The translations under genes and the position numbers were made by a program. Shown one piece after another: positions 12,491 through 22,779 of a stretch of 64,000 nucleotides of DNA (within the stretch, counting starts at the first letter, position 1; the number at the start of each line of letters is the position of its first letter). Origin of the DNA: an uncultured Poribacteria bacterium (GTDB taxonomy: Bacteria > Poribacteria > WGA-4E > WGA-3G); assembly GCA_958296135.2 (NCBI GenBank), contig CATQHZ020000001.1, positions 1,056,001 through 1,120,000 of the forward strand. Direction: 5' to 3'. Below the pieces are notes generated by a model that did not search any database, was not told the origin of the DNA, and worked only from the letters and a program-made list of their open reading frames with translations.

Positions 12491-15236
12491 GGATGGTTTT
12501 CTCCTTCCGGAAAATGAACTCTCCCTCTACAAAATCGGCGGCGATGGCATCACCGTCGGTGAAGGTGCCTTCCAGCATCTGAATCGCTAACGGATTGAGG
12601 ATATCTCGCTGGAGCACTCTCCGAAGCGGGCGCGCCCCGTAGGCTTCGTCGAATCCGCGTTCTACGAGTTGGGCTTGTGCCTCTTCGGATAGGGTGAGCG
12701 TCATATCCTTCTCCGCGAATCGGGTGCTGAGCTGCGCGAGCTCTAGCGTTACGATGCGTTTCAGTTCGTCCATGCCGAGCCGCTCGAAGATTACCAGGTC
12801 ATCGATGCGGTTCAGGAATTCTGGCGGGAAATGTGCCCGCAAGGCATCCATCACCTTCTGGCGGAGTTCTTCAGCGATCAACCTTGCGTCGGTAATCCAT
12901 TGACTGCCGATATTTGATGTCATGATGACAACCGTATTCTTGAAATCGACGGTGCGGCCCTGGCCGTCTGTCATTCTGCCATCATCTAGCATTTGGAGGA
13001 GGACATTGAACACCTCCGGGTGCGCTTTCTCTACCTCGTCGAGCAAGATAACGCGGTAGGGTTGCCGCCTGACAGTTTCTGTCAGTTGTCCGCCTTCGTC
13101 GTAGCCGACGTATCCGGGTGGTGCGCCGATGAGCCGGGAGACAGCGTGCTTCTCCATGTATTCGCTCATGTCGATGCGCGCCATAGCGTTGGCATCGTCA
13201 AACAAGAATTCGGCGAGGGATTTGGCGAGGTGCGTCTTCCCGACGCCGGTCGGTCCCATGAAAAGGAATGAGCCGAGCGGTTTGCCCGGGTCGCTGAGTC
13301 CGACGCGCGCGCGCCGGATTGCATTGGATACCGCGGCGACGGCCTCGTCTTGTCCGATGACCTGTTCGCGCAGCCGTTCCTCCATGTGGAGCAGTTTCTG
13401 TGTTTCGCCTTCCATGAGCCGAAAGATGGGAATGCCGGTCCACTTCGCTACGATTTCGGCGATGTCTTCCGCGCTGACGTGTTCTTTGAGGAGGCGGGCC
13501 CGGGGTGGTTCGCCGGCTGTTTTTCGAGACCGGGAGGTCTCTCCTACTGGGGAGTGTCGAGACTGGGATGTCTCTCCTACCGGGGAGTGTCGAGACCGGG
13601 AGGTCTCTCCTACTGGTTGTTGCGGCTGGGAGGTCTCTCCTACCGATTTTCGAGACCGGGAGGGCTCTCCTACGGCATCCTCGCGCAAGGTTTGCAGCTG
13701 CTTTTCAAGAGCCGGGATTTTGCCGTATTCAAGTTCGGAGGCTTTGCCCAGGTCTCCGCGCCGTTTCGCTTGTTCGGATTCGATGCGGAGTGCCTCGACC
13801 TGCTCCATCAGTTCGCGAATTTGCACTAAGTTCGCCTTTTCGTTTTGCCAGCCAGCCTTGAGTGCGTTCGCGCGCTCTTTCAATTCAGCGAGTTCCGCGT
13901 TGAGTTTTTCAAGGCGTTGCTTCGCTGCAGCGTCCTCTTCTTTCATCAACGCCTGCTGTTCAATCTGAAGTTGGATGATACGGCGTTCTACCTCGTCAAT
14001 CTCCTCTGGCACGCTATCGATTTCGATGCGGAGCCGAGAGGCGGCTTCGTCCACCAGATCTACGGCTTTGTCGGGCAGGAAGCGTTCGGAGAGATAACGT
14101 TTTGAAAGCGTGGTGGCGGCGACAATTGCGTTGTCCTGAATTTGCACGCCGTGGTGTGTTTCATAACGTTCCTTCAAACCGCGCAGGATTGCGATGGTGT
14201 CTTCGACGGAAGGTTCCTGCACTTGCACAGGTTGGAATCGGCGTTCAAGCGCGGCATCCTTCTCAATATGCTTGCGATATTCATCGAGTGTCGTTGCGCC
14301 GATGCATCGTAGTTCTCCGCGCGCTAACGCAGGCTTCAGCATGTTAGATGCGTCCACGGCTCCTTCCGCTGCGCCAGCGCCGACGATGGTGTGGAGTTCA
14401 TCAATGAAGAGGATGACCTGGCCTTCTGCCTGTTCTACATCGGTGAGTACTGCCTTGAGCCGGTCTTCAAATTCGCCGCGGTATTTACTCCCGGCGATGA
14501 GCGCGCCTAAATCAAGGGCGATGAGGCGTTTCTCACGTAGCGTCTCCGGCACATCGCCGTTTGCGATGCGTTGCGCTAGTCCTTCTACAATCGCCGTTTT
14601 GCCGACACCCGGTTCACCGATAAGGACCGGGTTATTTTTGCGTCTGCGGGACAGTGCCTGCATTACGCGGCGGATTTCCTCGTCGCGTCCGATAACCGGG
14701 TCTAGTTTGCCGGCGAGTGCCTCCTGCGTGAGTTCCCGGCCAAATCGGGTGAGTGCTTGGTATTTGTCTTCCGGGTGCGGATCGGTGACGCGCTGGTTGC
14801 CGCGGATGTCGACGAGTGCCTTGAGGATTTTGTCCTTTGTGACACCTGCATCGCGGAGGATTTGTCCGGTTTCCGCCTGTTTCGTTTCGGCGCAAGCGAT
14901 GAGGAGATGCTCGGTGCTGACGTATTCGTCTTTGAGCGTTGTCGCCTCCTTCATGGCGTTGTCCAAAACGGATTGGAGCGCGGCGGCGATGTACAATTCG
15001 GAGCCGGTGCGTTGCACTTTGGGTGTCTTCTGAACGATTGCCTCGGTTGCTGCCGTAATTCCGGCGGTATCCGCCCCCAGTTTCTGAAAAATGGGGGTGA
15101 CAATTCCATCGGTTTGCGCAATCAGTGCTAGCATGAGGTGCTCAACGCCGAGTTCTGGGCTTTGTGCTTCGCTGGCGAGACTTTGCGCGGTCTGCAGTGC
15201 TTCTTGTGCCTTGATAGTCCATCTGTCAAATCTCAT
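12480..15236 (-). CDS. clpB: ATP-dependent chaperone ClpB
   Basis: Two AAA+ modules (GEPGVGKT and GPTGVGKT), coiled-coil M domain, [40 protein letters not shown] before ATG 15236. Confidence 0.97.
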   Translation of the reverse strand: MRFDRWTIKAQEALQTAQSLASEAQSPELGVEHLMLALIAQTDGIVTPIFQKLGADTAGITAATEAIVQKTPKVQRTGSELYIAAALQSVLDNAMKEATTLKDEYVSTEHLLIACAETKQAETGQILRDAGVTKDKILKALVDIRGNQRVTDPHPEDKYQALTRFGRELTQEALAGKLDPVIGRDEEIRRVMQALSRRRKNNPVLIGEPGVGKTAIVEGLAQRIANGDVPETLREKRLIALDLGALIAGSKYRGEFEDRLKAVLTDVEQAEGQVILFIDELHTIVGAGAAEGAVDASNMLKPALARGELRCIGATTLDEYRKHIEKDAALERRFQPVQVQEPSVEDTIAILRGLKERYETHHGVQIQDNAIVAATTLSKRYLSERFLPDKAVDLVDEAASRLRIEIDSVPEEIDEVERRIIQLQIEQQALMKEEDAAAKQRLEKLNAELAELKERANALKAGWQNEKANLVQIRELMEQVEALRIESEQAKRRGDLGKASELEYGKIPALEKQLQTLREDAVGEPSRSRKSVGETSQPQQPVGETSRSRHSPVGETSQSRHSPVGETSRSRKTAGEPPRARLLKEHVSAEDIAEIVAKWTGIPIFRLMEGETQKLLHMEERLREQVIGQDEAVAAVSNAIRRARVGLSDPGKPLGSFLFMGPTGVGKTHLAKSLAEFLFDDANAMARIDMSEYMEKHAVSRLIGAPPGYVGYDEGGQLTETVRRQPYRVILLDEVEKAHPEVFNVLLQMLDDGRMTDGQGRTVDFKNTVVIMTSNIGSQWITDARLIAEELRQKVMDALRAHFPPEFLNRIDDLVIFERLGMDELKRIVTLELAQLSTRFAEKDMTLTLSEEAQAQLVERGFDEAYGARPLRRVLQRDILNPLAIQMLEGTFTDGDAIAADFVEGEFIFRKEKTIPAP
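13524..13673 (-). repeat. Five tandem REP units, in frame inside clpB
   Basis: GTAGGAGAG...TCTCGA units encoding [40 protein letters not shown]. Confidence 0.9.
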
Positions 15237-15304
15237 GGTGTGCCTCCGGTTGTGATTCGCAGTAGTATTTGCGTAAGTCCTGATTTGGTGATTCATTAAA
15301 GTAA

Positions 15305-15321
15305 TAGCAAGATTCATGCCA
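15305..15321 (-). promoter_or_regulatory. Sigma-54 (-24/-12) promoter of clpB
   Basis: Minus strand reads TGGCATGAATCTTGCTA (GG-N10-GC), about 70 bp upstream of the start codon. Confidence 0.7.
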
Positions 15322-15376
15322 GTTTTTGTCGTGCCATTTTGGCAGTGAGGCCTGAATGCATCGGGACGACAAGGAT

Positions 15377-15657
15377 GAGTCGAGACGCGGGATGTCTCTC
15401 CTACAAGGGGACATCGGGGCCGGGGGGTTTCTCCTACATCGGGACAGGGATGTCCCTCCTACCGGGGAGAGTCGAGACGCGGGATGTCTCTCTTACAAGG
15501 AGACATCGGGGCCGGGGGGTTTCTCCTACATCGGGACAGGGATGTCCCTCCTACCGGGGAGAGTCGAGACGCGGGATGTCCCTCCTACCGGGGAGAGTTG
15601 AGACGCGGGATGTCCCTCCTACCGGGGAGAGTTGAGACGCGGGAGGTCTCTCCTACC
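15377..15657. repeat. Intergenic tandem REP array (TCGAGACGCGGGATGTCYCTCCTAC family)
   Basis: About ten ~25-33 bp units, the same family as the clpB and recQ inserts. Confidence 0.88.
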
Positions 15658-17335
15658 TGTTGAGGCCGGGGGGTTGGGCAGGAGGCATGGGCTCTGTCAC
15701 GACGATTTCTCTATTTACCGGGAGGTGTTCTAGTTCCTGCACGATACCGCTTGGCCAGCGAATTTCAAGCTTATCTACGACAGTGCTCTCTCCAAGCCCA
15801 AAGAGCGGCCTCGGGTCATTGCTGCAGAGGTAGCTGGCATTTCGGCGTACTTCGCGCACCTGTGATGTGGTGCCGAGCGTCAACGTGACGCGCGCTCCGA
15901 TGCCGTCTCGGTTGCTGACGTTGCCAACGAGTTTGAGCCGAAGCCAATTGTGCTGGCTTTCATTTCGCAACAGTTTCACGTCTCCGTTTAGCTGCGTGAC
16001 GACGATGTCTGTATCGCCATCGTTGTCGTAATCGCCGAAGAGTGTGCCGCGGCTGACTCCAGGGTGTTGCGTTGTGGGAGCCGCTTCTACTGGGATGAAT
16101 GTGCCATCGCCGCGGTTCCAGAACACCTGGTCTGGTTGCGCGTAGGAGAGTACATCTGTCATCTGCGCGATGTTAGGAAAGATATGTCCGTTCCCGACGA
16201 AAATATCCAGCCAACCGTCGTTATCGGCATCAAAAAAGCCGGTGCCGAACCCCAGGTAGAGATAACTCTCTTCGCCAAGTTTGGCTTGATAACTGACATC
16301 GGAGAAGGTGCTGTCGCCGTTATTCCGGTAGAGCGTGTTAGTCTCGTAAGAGAAATTGGTAACGAAGATGTCAAGAGTTCCGTCGCCGTTGTAATCGCCA
16401 GCGTCTACGCCCATGCCTGCTTGCGCGATGCCGTCTGCGCTGTAGGCACACCCTGTGAGGATGGCAATCTCAGCGAACGTGCCATCGCCTTTGTTATAGA
16501 AAAGGTAGTTCGGCGTGTCGTCGTTGGCGACATAAATGTCGGGATGGCCGTCTATATTGAAATCCGCGGCGACGATGCCTAGCCCTTTTCCGTGGAACAT
16601 GCCGCCCGGGTCGCGGATGTTCGCTGCTTCGGTGATATCGGTAAACGTTCTGTCGCCGTTGTTTCGATAAAGCCGGTCTGGTGCGCCTTCAAAGTTTTTG
16701 GGGTGGCAGTAACCGCGCACCTTTTCAGCTCCTATTGAAGCGGGGTTCTCCAAGCAGGGAGGGTAGGGCGTGTCTAACGCGTAGTTGAGGTAGTTAACCA
16801 CGTAGAGCTCGAGGTGTCCATCGCTATCGTGATCAAAGAAGGTTGCGCTGGTGCTCCAACGTGCATCGGTAGGCGCGGTTTGCAAGCGCGCTTGTTCAGT
16901 GACATCGGTAAACGTTCCATCGCCGTTATTCCGATAGAGCCGATTTGCCCCGAAGTTTGTCACGTAAATATCGATGTTGCCATCGTTATCGTAATCGCCG
17001 CAGGCGACTCCGTGGGCATAACTATCTTCATTACCGACACCGGCTATCGTGGTGATGTCGGTGAAACTTCCATCGCCGTTATTTCGGTAGAGGACGTTGG
17101 GTGCTGCGCTATTTATCAGATAGAGCTCGAGGTGTCCATCGTTATCATAATCAAGGAATGCGCCGCCTGCGCCGAGGGTTTCGGGTAGGTGAAAGTTTCC
17201 TGTCGCGCCGTTGTCGTGCGTGAAACGGATGCCCGCGGCTTCGGTGACATCGGTGAAGTGGATGCGCGGTTCCGCTGCAAATACGCATAACGGAGTCAGG
17301 ATGAGGAGGAGTGTCTGGATGCGGATAATGTGCAT
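15653..17335 (-). CDS. CRTAC1/ASPIC-UnbV family FG-GAP repeat protein, secreted
   Basis: Signal peptide, repeated DYDNDG and LYRNNGDGTFTD motifs, C-terminal SNRDGIGARV...IRWPSG. Confidence 0.9.
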   Translation of the reverse strand: MHIIRIQTLLLILTPLCVFAAEPRIHFTDVTEAAGIRFTHDNGATGNFHLPETLGAGGAFLDYDNDGHLELYLINSAAPNVLYRNNGDGSFTDITTIAGVGNEDSYAHGVACGDYDNDGNIDIYVTNFGANRLYRNNGDGTFTDVTEQARLQTAPTDARWSTSATFFDHDSDGHLELYVVNYLNYALDTPYPPCLENPASIGAEKVRGYCHPKNFEGAPDRLYRNNGDRTFTDITEAANIRDPGGMFHGKGLGIVAADFNIDGHPDIYVANDDTPNYLFYNKGDGTFAEIAILTGCAYSADGIAQAGMGVDAGDYNGDGTLDIFVTNFSYETNTLYRNNGDSTFSDVSYQAKLGEESYLYLGFGTGFFDADNDGWLDIFVGNGHIFPNIAQMTDVLSYAQPDQVFWNRGDGTFIPVEAAPTTQHPGVSRGTLFGDYDNDGDTDIVVTQLNGDVKLLRNESQHNWLRLKLVGNVSNRDGIGARVTLTLGTTSQVREVRRNASYLCSNDPRPLFGLGESTVVDKLEIRWPSGIVQELEHLPVNREIVVTEPMPPAQPPGLNR

Positions 17336-17392
17336 AGTTCGGCGAGCGGAATTCAGGGGCCTTGCGTGGGATGGCCCCGGGGAACGGGGAAT

Positions 17393-18190
17393 TTATTTGT
17401 CGGCGGCCTGATACATTTCGCGCGTTATTCTAAGGATGTCCTGCGGTGCCCCGAGGGCATCGGTAAGATAGTGAGTTTCTGCTTCTTCTCTCAGTTCGTC
17501 AGGAATTCCGTGGAGTGCTTCGGCAATGGGGCCGGCGATGGCAGCGAGGGTATCCGAATCACCGCCCAGAGAGATGGCGTTCCGCACGGCATCTTCATAG
17601 CTGGTTGATTCTAGTGCGCACGTAATCGCTGGTGGCACTGTGCCTTGGCATGTCATATCAAATTCATAGTGGGGGCGCATCTCGTCTACCGTTTGGCCCA
17701 GGTCATATCCATATTCAGCGGCGATGGTTTTTCGGATGTTATCTGGGCTTTCGCCGTGGCATGCGAGCCAGATGGCGTGTGTTGTGGCCCGCGCGCCTTT
17801 CATCCCTTCGGGGTGGTTATGCGTAATTGCTGTTACTTTATCCGAGGCGGCGAGGGCGGCATCGAGTTCTCGCCGGTTGAGGCATGCCGCTGGGGATACG
17901 CGCATCGCCGCGCCGTTATAGAAGAGGTTGTAGGGTTCGGGCACGTCTGAATAAACCCACTGTGTAAAAATACCGCTGTAACCTCGCCGCGGGTGGGCGC
18001 GGCACCATTTCTGCATCGTTTCTGCCGGTGGGAGATTGTGGAGTAGCATATCGGCTACCGCTGCGGTGCAGACTGAATCGTCTGTGTAACGGCATGCTTT
18101 GCCGAAGAAAGGGAAATCTTTGGTTTTGATTCGTGCTTGTTGTGCTTCGTAAATTGAACCGATTGTGTCTCCAATAATTGCGCCTAGCAT
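17393..18190 (-). CDS. ADP-ribosylglycohydrolase family protein
   Basis: MLGAIIGDTIGS, YTDDS, NGAAMR, THNHP, GGDSDT. Confidence 0.92.
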   Translation of the reverse strand: MLGAIIGDTIGSIYEAQQARIKTKDFPFFGKACRYTDDSVCTAAVADMLLHNLPPAETMQKWCRAHPRRGYSGIFTQWVYSDVPEPYNLFYNGAAMRVSPAACLNRRELDAALAASDKVTAITHNHPEGMKGARATTHAIWLACHGESPDNIRKTIAAEYGYDLGQTVDEMRPHYEFDMTCQGTVPPAITCALESTSYEDAVRNAISLGGDSDTLAAIAGPIAEALHGIPDELREEAETHYLTDALGAPQDILRITREMYQAADK

Positions 18191-18318
18191 GTTGCCTCCT
18201 GAAGGTTCCGTATCGGGACAAGGATGTCCCTCCTACCGTGGCTTGCGCCTAGCGCGGTAGGCGCGGTTTGCAAGCGCGCCTACCGGCAATGATGGTATGT
18301 GCGTTAATTTTTCTGACG

Positions 18319-19145
18319 CTACCGTACTGTGCGCTGCGCCTTCAGATGCGCCCAGGTGGTGGTGAATTTGGCTTGCGCTTCCACACTCGTGACGACTGCG
18401 GCGTATTCGGCGAAGTCTGCTGCGTCAAAAGCGGAGCCGTAGACTTCGACTTCGTCAATCATGCCGCTGAAGTAGTGGATATCGGTGCCTTCGCCATCTT
18501 CATCGTGGAAGACAGCGTTGGCATTGACGTATCCAATGCCGGTGTCGTCGCCGTGCTGAAAGAGCTGCCCGCCCTCTTCGCTGGCAACCTTTTCTCCGTC
18601 AACCCACATCTCGAATTTGTCAGCTTCGACGGCTTCACCCGCTTCACGGATGACTAAGCCGACGTGATACCAGCGGTTTGACTCAACAGGGACAGAGGGC
18701 CAGGCTCCGTCCCAGTTATATTCGGCGCGGTTCCAGCCGCCGACGTAGAGCTGCCCTTCAAACACGTTGATGACGAGCCCGCGGGTGCGTCCGCCTTCCT
18801 CAAAAATCGTCTGTTTCTGCTCGGTGATACTGACATCTGCGCAGTTGAAATACGCGATGATTGTCCGGTCGGTGTAGGGACCGCCTGTGTTGATATCGGT
18901 GGAATCCGGGAGTTTCACCCCGTCTCCATCGCCGTCAAAAAGCAGTGCCTTTCCGACGATGCCGTCAACAACCCCCGGGTCTCCGACGAGTTCGCCGTTC
19001 ACGCCTTTTCCGGAGGAGTCTTCGCCATCACCGTTGTCAAAATCCAAATTGCTGCGACGGTTGCGTCATCTTTCGCTGCGAAGGTTGTCACGGCGGCGAA
19101 CATGAGCAACACACTTAAAACTGAAAAGAAACTCAATTTTGCCAT
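18319..19145 (-). pseudogene. Secreted LamG/concanavalin-like protein with a 1-bp frameshift after the signal peptide (pseudogene or sequence error)
   Basis: ATG 19145 gives MAKLSFF...AKDDATVAAIW. One G is missing at TGG(G)AT (~19044) relative to the neighbouring paralog (ATVAAHWDF). The rest is intact in ORF 18319-19047. Confidence 0.8.
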
Positions 19146-19262
19146 TTTGCATATCTCCTAGGGTGCTATACCAAATTCACCGCTATAGTTGGGAAGTGCC
19201 CAATTCTAAACAGAACCCGATTTGGTATTGGTTAATTGAAAAAAGGGACCTCATCGTTTTGC

Positions 19263-19398
19263 GAGTCGAGACCCCGGAGGATGTCAAGACGCGGGAGGGC
19301 TCTCCTACAAGGGGTCGAGACGCGGGAGAGCTCTCCTACGGGAGGATGTCGAGACGCGGGAGGGCTCTCCTACTGCAAGAGAGGGCTCTCCTACTGCA
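19263..19398. repeat. REP array (CGAGACGCGGGAGGGCTCTCCTAC)
   Basis: Four or five tandem copies. Confidence 0.8.
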
Positions 19399-19411
19399 AG
19401 ATAAGATACCT

Positions 19412-20230
19412 CTAATTTTCTGTGCGTTGGGCTTTTAAATGGGCCCACGTTGTTGTGAATTTCGCCTGTGGTTCGACGCTGAGCGGTTGCGCGAGTTTTG
19501 CGAAGTCCGCTGCGTCAAACGCGGAACCGTAGACGAGCACTTCGTCAATCAACCCGCCGAACCAGTCGATGTCACTGCCGCCGCCGGCATCATCATGGTA
19601 GACAGCATTCTGGTTGGTATGCCCGATGCCGATATCATCGGCGTGAGCGTGGAGTTGCCCGCCTTTTTCCTGAGCGATGCGTTTTCCATCCAGCCACATT
19701 TCAAACTTTTTGCTTTCTACCTTTCCGGCTGCGTCGCGTATGACCAGGCCGACGTGGTACCACTGCTTGGATTTGACATCGGCTGAGGGCCAGGCGCCGT
19801 TCCAGTTATATTCGGCGCGATTCCAGCCGCCGACGTAAACTTTTCCGCCATGCACATAGATGACGAGGCCGCGCGTCCGCCCGCCTTCTTCGTAGATGAC
19901 TTGCTTCCGGTCTTTCACGCCGACATCATCGCAGTAGAACAACGCTGCAACTGTCCGGTCGGTGTAAGGGCCGCCGGAATTAATATCCGCCGAATCCGGT
20001 AATTTGATTCCGTCACTTTTGCCGTTAAACTTCAACGCTTTCCCGGCGATACCGTCGACAGCCTGCGGTTTCCCTGCAAAGTTGCCATCGACTCCCTTTT
20101 TGGAACTATCTTTGGCACTGCCATCGTTGAAGTCCCAGTGGGCGGCGACGGTGGCATCATCGCGCTGTGCAGTCACTGTCACAATGGGCAACAGCGCGAG
20201 ACAGAGTATCACAATAAAAAAGCGAATCAC
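19412..20230 (-). CDS. Secreted LamG-like jellyroll protein, close paralog of 18319-19145
   Basis: GTG start with AGGAGG RBS, signal peptide, WDFND, WYHVGLV, FGGLIDEV, C-terminal VEPQAKFTTTWAHLK. Confidence 0.88.
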   Translation of the reverse strand: MIRFFIVILCLALLPIVTVTAQRDDATVAAHWDFNDGSAKDSSKKGVDGNFAGKPQAVDGIAGKALKFNGKSDGIKLPDSADINSGGPYTDRTVAALFYCDDVGVKDRKQVIYEEGGRTRGLVIYVHGGKVYVGGWNRAEYNWNGAWPSADVKSKQWYHVGLVIRDAAGKVESKKFEMWLDGKRIAQEKGGQLHAHADDIGIGHTNQNAVYHDDAGGGSDIDWFGGLIDEVLVYGSAFDAADFAKLAQPLSVEPQAKFTTTWAHLKAQRTEN

Positions 20231-20497
20231 TGTTATGCCTCCTTTTCTATCAGTTGGGGCGGTTAAAATTTTTGAGAGAAACGTCACAGGTTTCCTCAAG
20301 TTAGAATATGTGTTTCAATTATGGCACATTTGCCAAATTTTGTCAAATTAAAAAATGGAAAAAAATTGGTGCATGGACATTTTTCTTGCCAAAAACCTAC
20401 TTTTAGGGTATCATAACGGCATGTAGAAACCTATGCCGGTGTTGTTCTGAAACAGAGCTGCACTGTTGTTTCAACGCGAAAACGAATGAGGTGCAAT

Positions 20498-21259
20498 ATG
20501 AGACACAAATCGAGACTGATACTGGCCTTAGCCCTCGCCGTTAGCCTTTGGACTACTGGCGCGTTTGCGGCGGAGCTTACCGAAGGACTTGTCGGATACT
20601 GGCCGCTTGATGGGAACGGAAACGACGAATCCGGCAGTGGACACGATGCCGAGCTTGAGAAAGGCGCGAAATGGGTAGACGATGGATGGGTGAACGGGGC
20701 AGTTGAAGTCGATGGCGGGGGCGGACACATCGTTGTTGACAATAAGTTTGAGCTCACTACGGATACGCTTACCGTCATCGCTAGAATCAACGGATGGAAG
20801 ACGATCGACTGGTCTGGGATTGTCGTCGGGCGCAGCGGGACCCCCTTCTGGATGGGTGTCGCGGCCAATAACACTTTGACTTACGTCTGGAATAACAACG
20901 CCGCGGAGACATGGGGTTGGAAAGAGGCATCCGAAATCCCTGAGGATAAATGGGCACTCGTTGCCATCGCAATCGCGCCCGATAAAGCGACGAGTTACGT
21001 TTATCATAGGGCTACCGGCAAACTTGATGCTGCGGATAACGACATCACTCATATTGAGCAAACGGTAATCAACCTGAAATTCGGATGGGACGAATGCTGC
21101 GGAGCCAGATATTTCAAAGGGATTATTGACGAAGTGATGGTATACGACCGGGCGTTAAACGCCGCCGACATTGAGAGACTCGCCACTGTCGGGTTGGCTG
21201 TGGATAGCAACGGCAAACTGACGACGACTTGGGCGGCGATTAAGGGGAAAACAAGGTGA
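20498..21259 (+). CDS. Secreted LamG-like jellyroll protein
   Basis: Signal peptide, GLVGYWPLDG, FKGIIDEVMVYDRAL, C-terminal KLTTTWAAIK. Confidence 0.88.
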   Translation: MRHKSRLILALALAVSLWTTGAFAAELTEGLVGYWPLDGNGNDESGSGHDAELEKGAKWVDDGWVNGAVEVDGGGGHIVVDNKFELTTDTLTVIARINGWKTIDWSGIVVGRSGTPFWMGVAANNTLTYVWNNNAAETWGWKEASEIPEDKWALVAIAIAPDKATSYVYHRATGKLDAADNDITHIEQTVINLKFGWDECCGARYFKGIIDEVMVYDRALNAADIERLATVGLAVDSNGKLTTTWAAIKGKTR

Positions 21260-22779
21260 AGTTAAACGCAGAGCACACTGAACTCTTCATTGATGACGCG
21301 CGTCTCGCCGACAAGCACGGCGTGACGCGCACACTGCATCCGGGAGTCAAACATGATGTCCCTGTCCTAGAGCCTACCCCCGGCAACCTCTGGGAACACG
21401 GCGGGCCAGACCAGTCTAAGCGCGTTCATGTCTACGGAACCGTCATGTTTGATGAGGCATTCGGGAAGTATCGGATGTGGTATATGTGCCGCATGGGGCC
21501 GCATTGGCGGTTTCAGGCAAACCAGATTCCGGGGCTCTATGTGCCACGCCCAGCCCGGCATCCGTCGACGTTCAATGGACAGACGCACGATGCCTACGGC
21601 CGGAAGTTCGTTGAGAATGACCGCGGTGATCTCACTTGCTACGCGGAGAGTGACGATGGACTGACGTGGACGAAGCCGAACCTCGGCATTTTTGAATTCA
21701 ACGGCGATTCAAATAACAACATTGTCTGGGACCTGCACGGTGCGTCCGTTTTCCGTGATGATGATGAACCGAACCCAGAGAAACGGTATAAGGCAATTGG
21801 GTTTTGCAGGCGGTATCGCAACGTCTTCCTCATCACGTCTCCGGATGGCATTCGATGGGACGATGCAGACTCCCTTGAACCGGTTGCGCAGCGGGATAAC
21901 GAAGGGTGCTTCAACGTCGTCTATGACGAGAAAGCCTCTCTCTTTCGTGCTTATGCGCTGACGCGGGGCACAGACAAGGATGCGCGGCGGATGATTGCCT
22001 ACACCGAGAGCCCGCGGCTAGAGGGAGCATGGGCACCCCTCACGCCGATGTTCGGTGCGGCAGAGAAAGACGATGAAATCGGTGTGGAGAGATACGGCGC
22101 GAATCGCGCCGAAATCCATAACTTGTCAGGATTTCGTTACCACGACAACTACATCGGCATCGCGGGGGTGTTATATGTGACGGGACCGGGGGCACCGGAG
22201 CATGAGATTCCGGTGGATGGCCCCATTGATGCGCAACTGGTTTGCAGCCGAGATGGCGTGACGTGGGATTATCCCGATGGCGACAGAACTCCGATTCTTC
22301 CGCGCGGCGGAGAGGGAGAATTTGACATGGGGATGCTCATGGGGACTTCGACCGAACCGATTATTACCGATGATGCCATCCATTGGTATTACACCGGTGC
22401 GAAGCATACTCACGGAGCACCGATGAAAGAACGGTGCAAATCCATCGGGCGCGCCACGTGGCGATTAGATGGCTTCGTCTCTCTCGATGCCGATGAAAGC
22501 GGGGGTGTGGTGGAGACTCTCCCGTTGCGTTTGCGGGGCAATGCGTTGCAGATTAATGCGGATGCGAGCGCGGGACAAGTCGCCGTTGAAGTGCTGACGC
22601 ATGATGGCAAGGTGCAGCAAGGCTTTTCAAGGGATGCGTGTGTGCCGTTGACAGGCGATGAGATACGGCATCGCGTCCAATGGAAATCGCGAACGTTAGC
22701 GGATGCCCAGCAACCGCTGCGGCTTCGGTTTGTGCTGAACCGTGCGCGGTTGTATGCATTCCGTTCAGGAATACTCTAG
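21256..22779 (+). CDS. Hypothetical protein, probable five-bladed beta-propeller glycoside hydrolase-like
   Basis: ELFIDD, YRMWY, Asp-box-like ESDDGLTW/SPDGIRW/SRDGVTW motifs, RLDGFVSL. Confidence 0.7.
   Translation: MKLNAEHTELFIDDARLADKHGVTRTLHPGVKHDVPVLEPTPGNLWEHGGPDQSKRVHVYGTVMFDEAFGKYRMWYMCRMGPHWRFQANQIPGLYVPRPARHPSTFNGQTHDAYGRKFVENDRGDLTCYAESDDGLTWTKPNLGIFEFNGDSNNNIVWDLHGASVFRDDDEPNPEKRYKAIGFCRRYRNVFLITSPDGIRWDDADSLEPVAQRDNEGCFNVVYDEKASLFRAYALTRGTDKDARRMIAYTESPRLEGAWAPLTPMFGAAEKDDEIGVERYGANRAEIHNLSGFRYHDNYIGIAGVLYVTGPGAPEHEIPVDGPIDAQLVCSRDGVTWDYPDGDRTPILPRGGEGEFDMGMLMGTSTEPIITDDAIHWYYTGAKHTHGAPMKERCKSIGRATWRLDGFVSLDADESGGVVETLPLRLRGNALQINADASAGQVAVEVLTHDGKVQQGFSRDACVPLTGDEIRHRVQWKSRTLADAQQPLRLRFVLNRARLYAFRSGIL

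Noticed and set aside
11790-12590. Many overlapping ORFs over the repeat array
   Set aside because: They are artefacts of GC-rich repeats with few stop codons, with no RBS or protein motif.
15377-15657. Short regularly spaced repeats as a CRISPR array
   Set aside because: Spacers are only a few bp and not unique. Units are degenerate GTAG-type REPs dispersed throughout the window.
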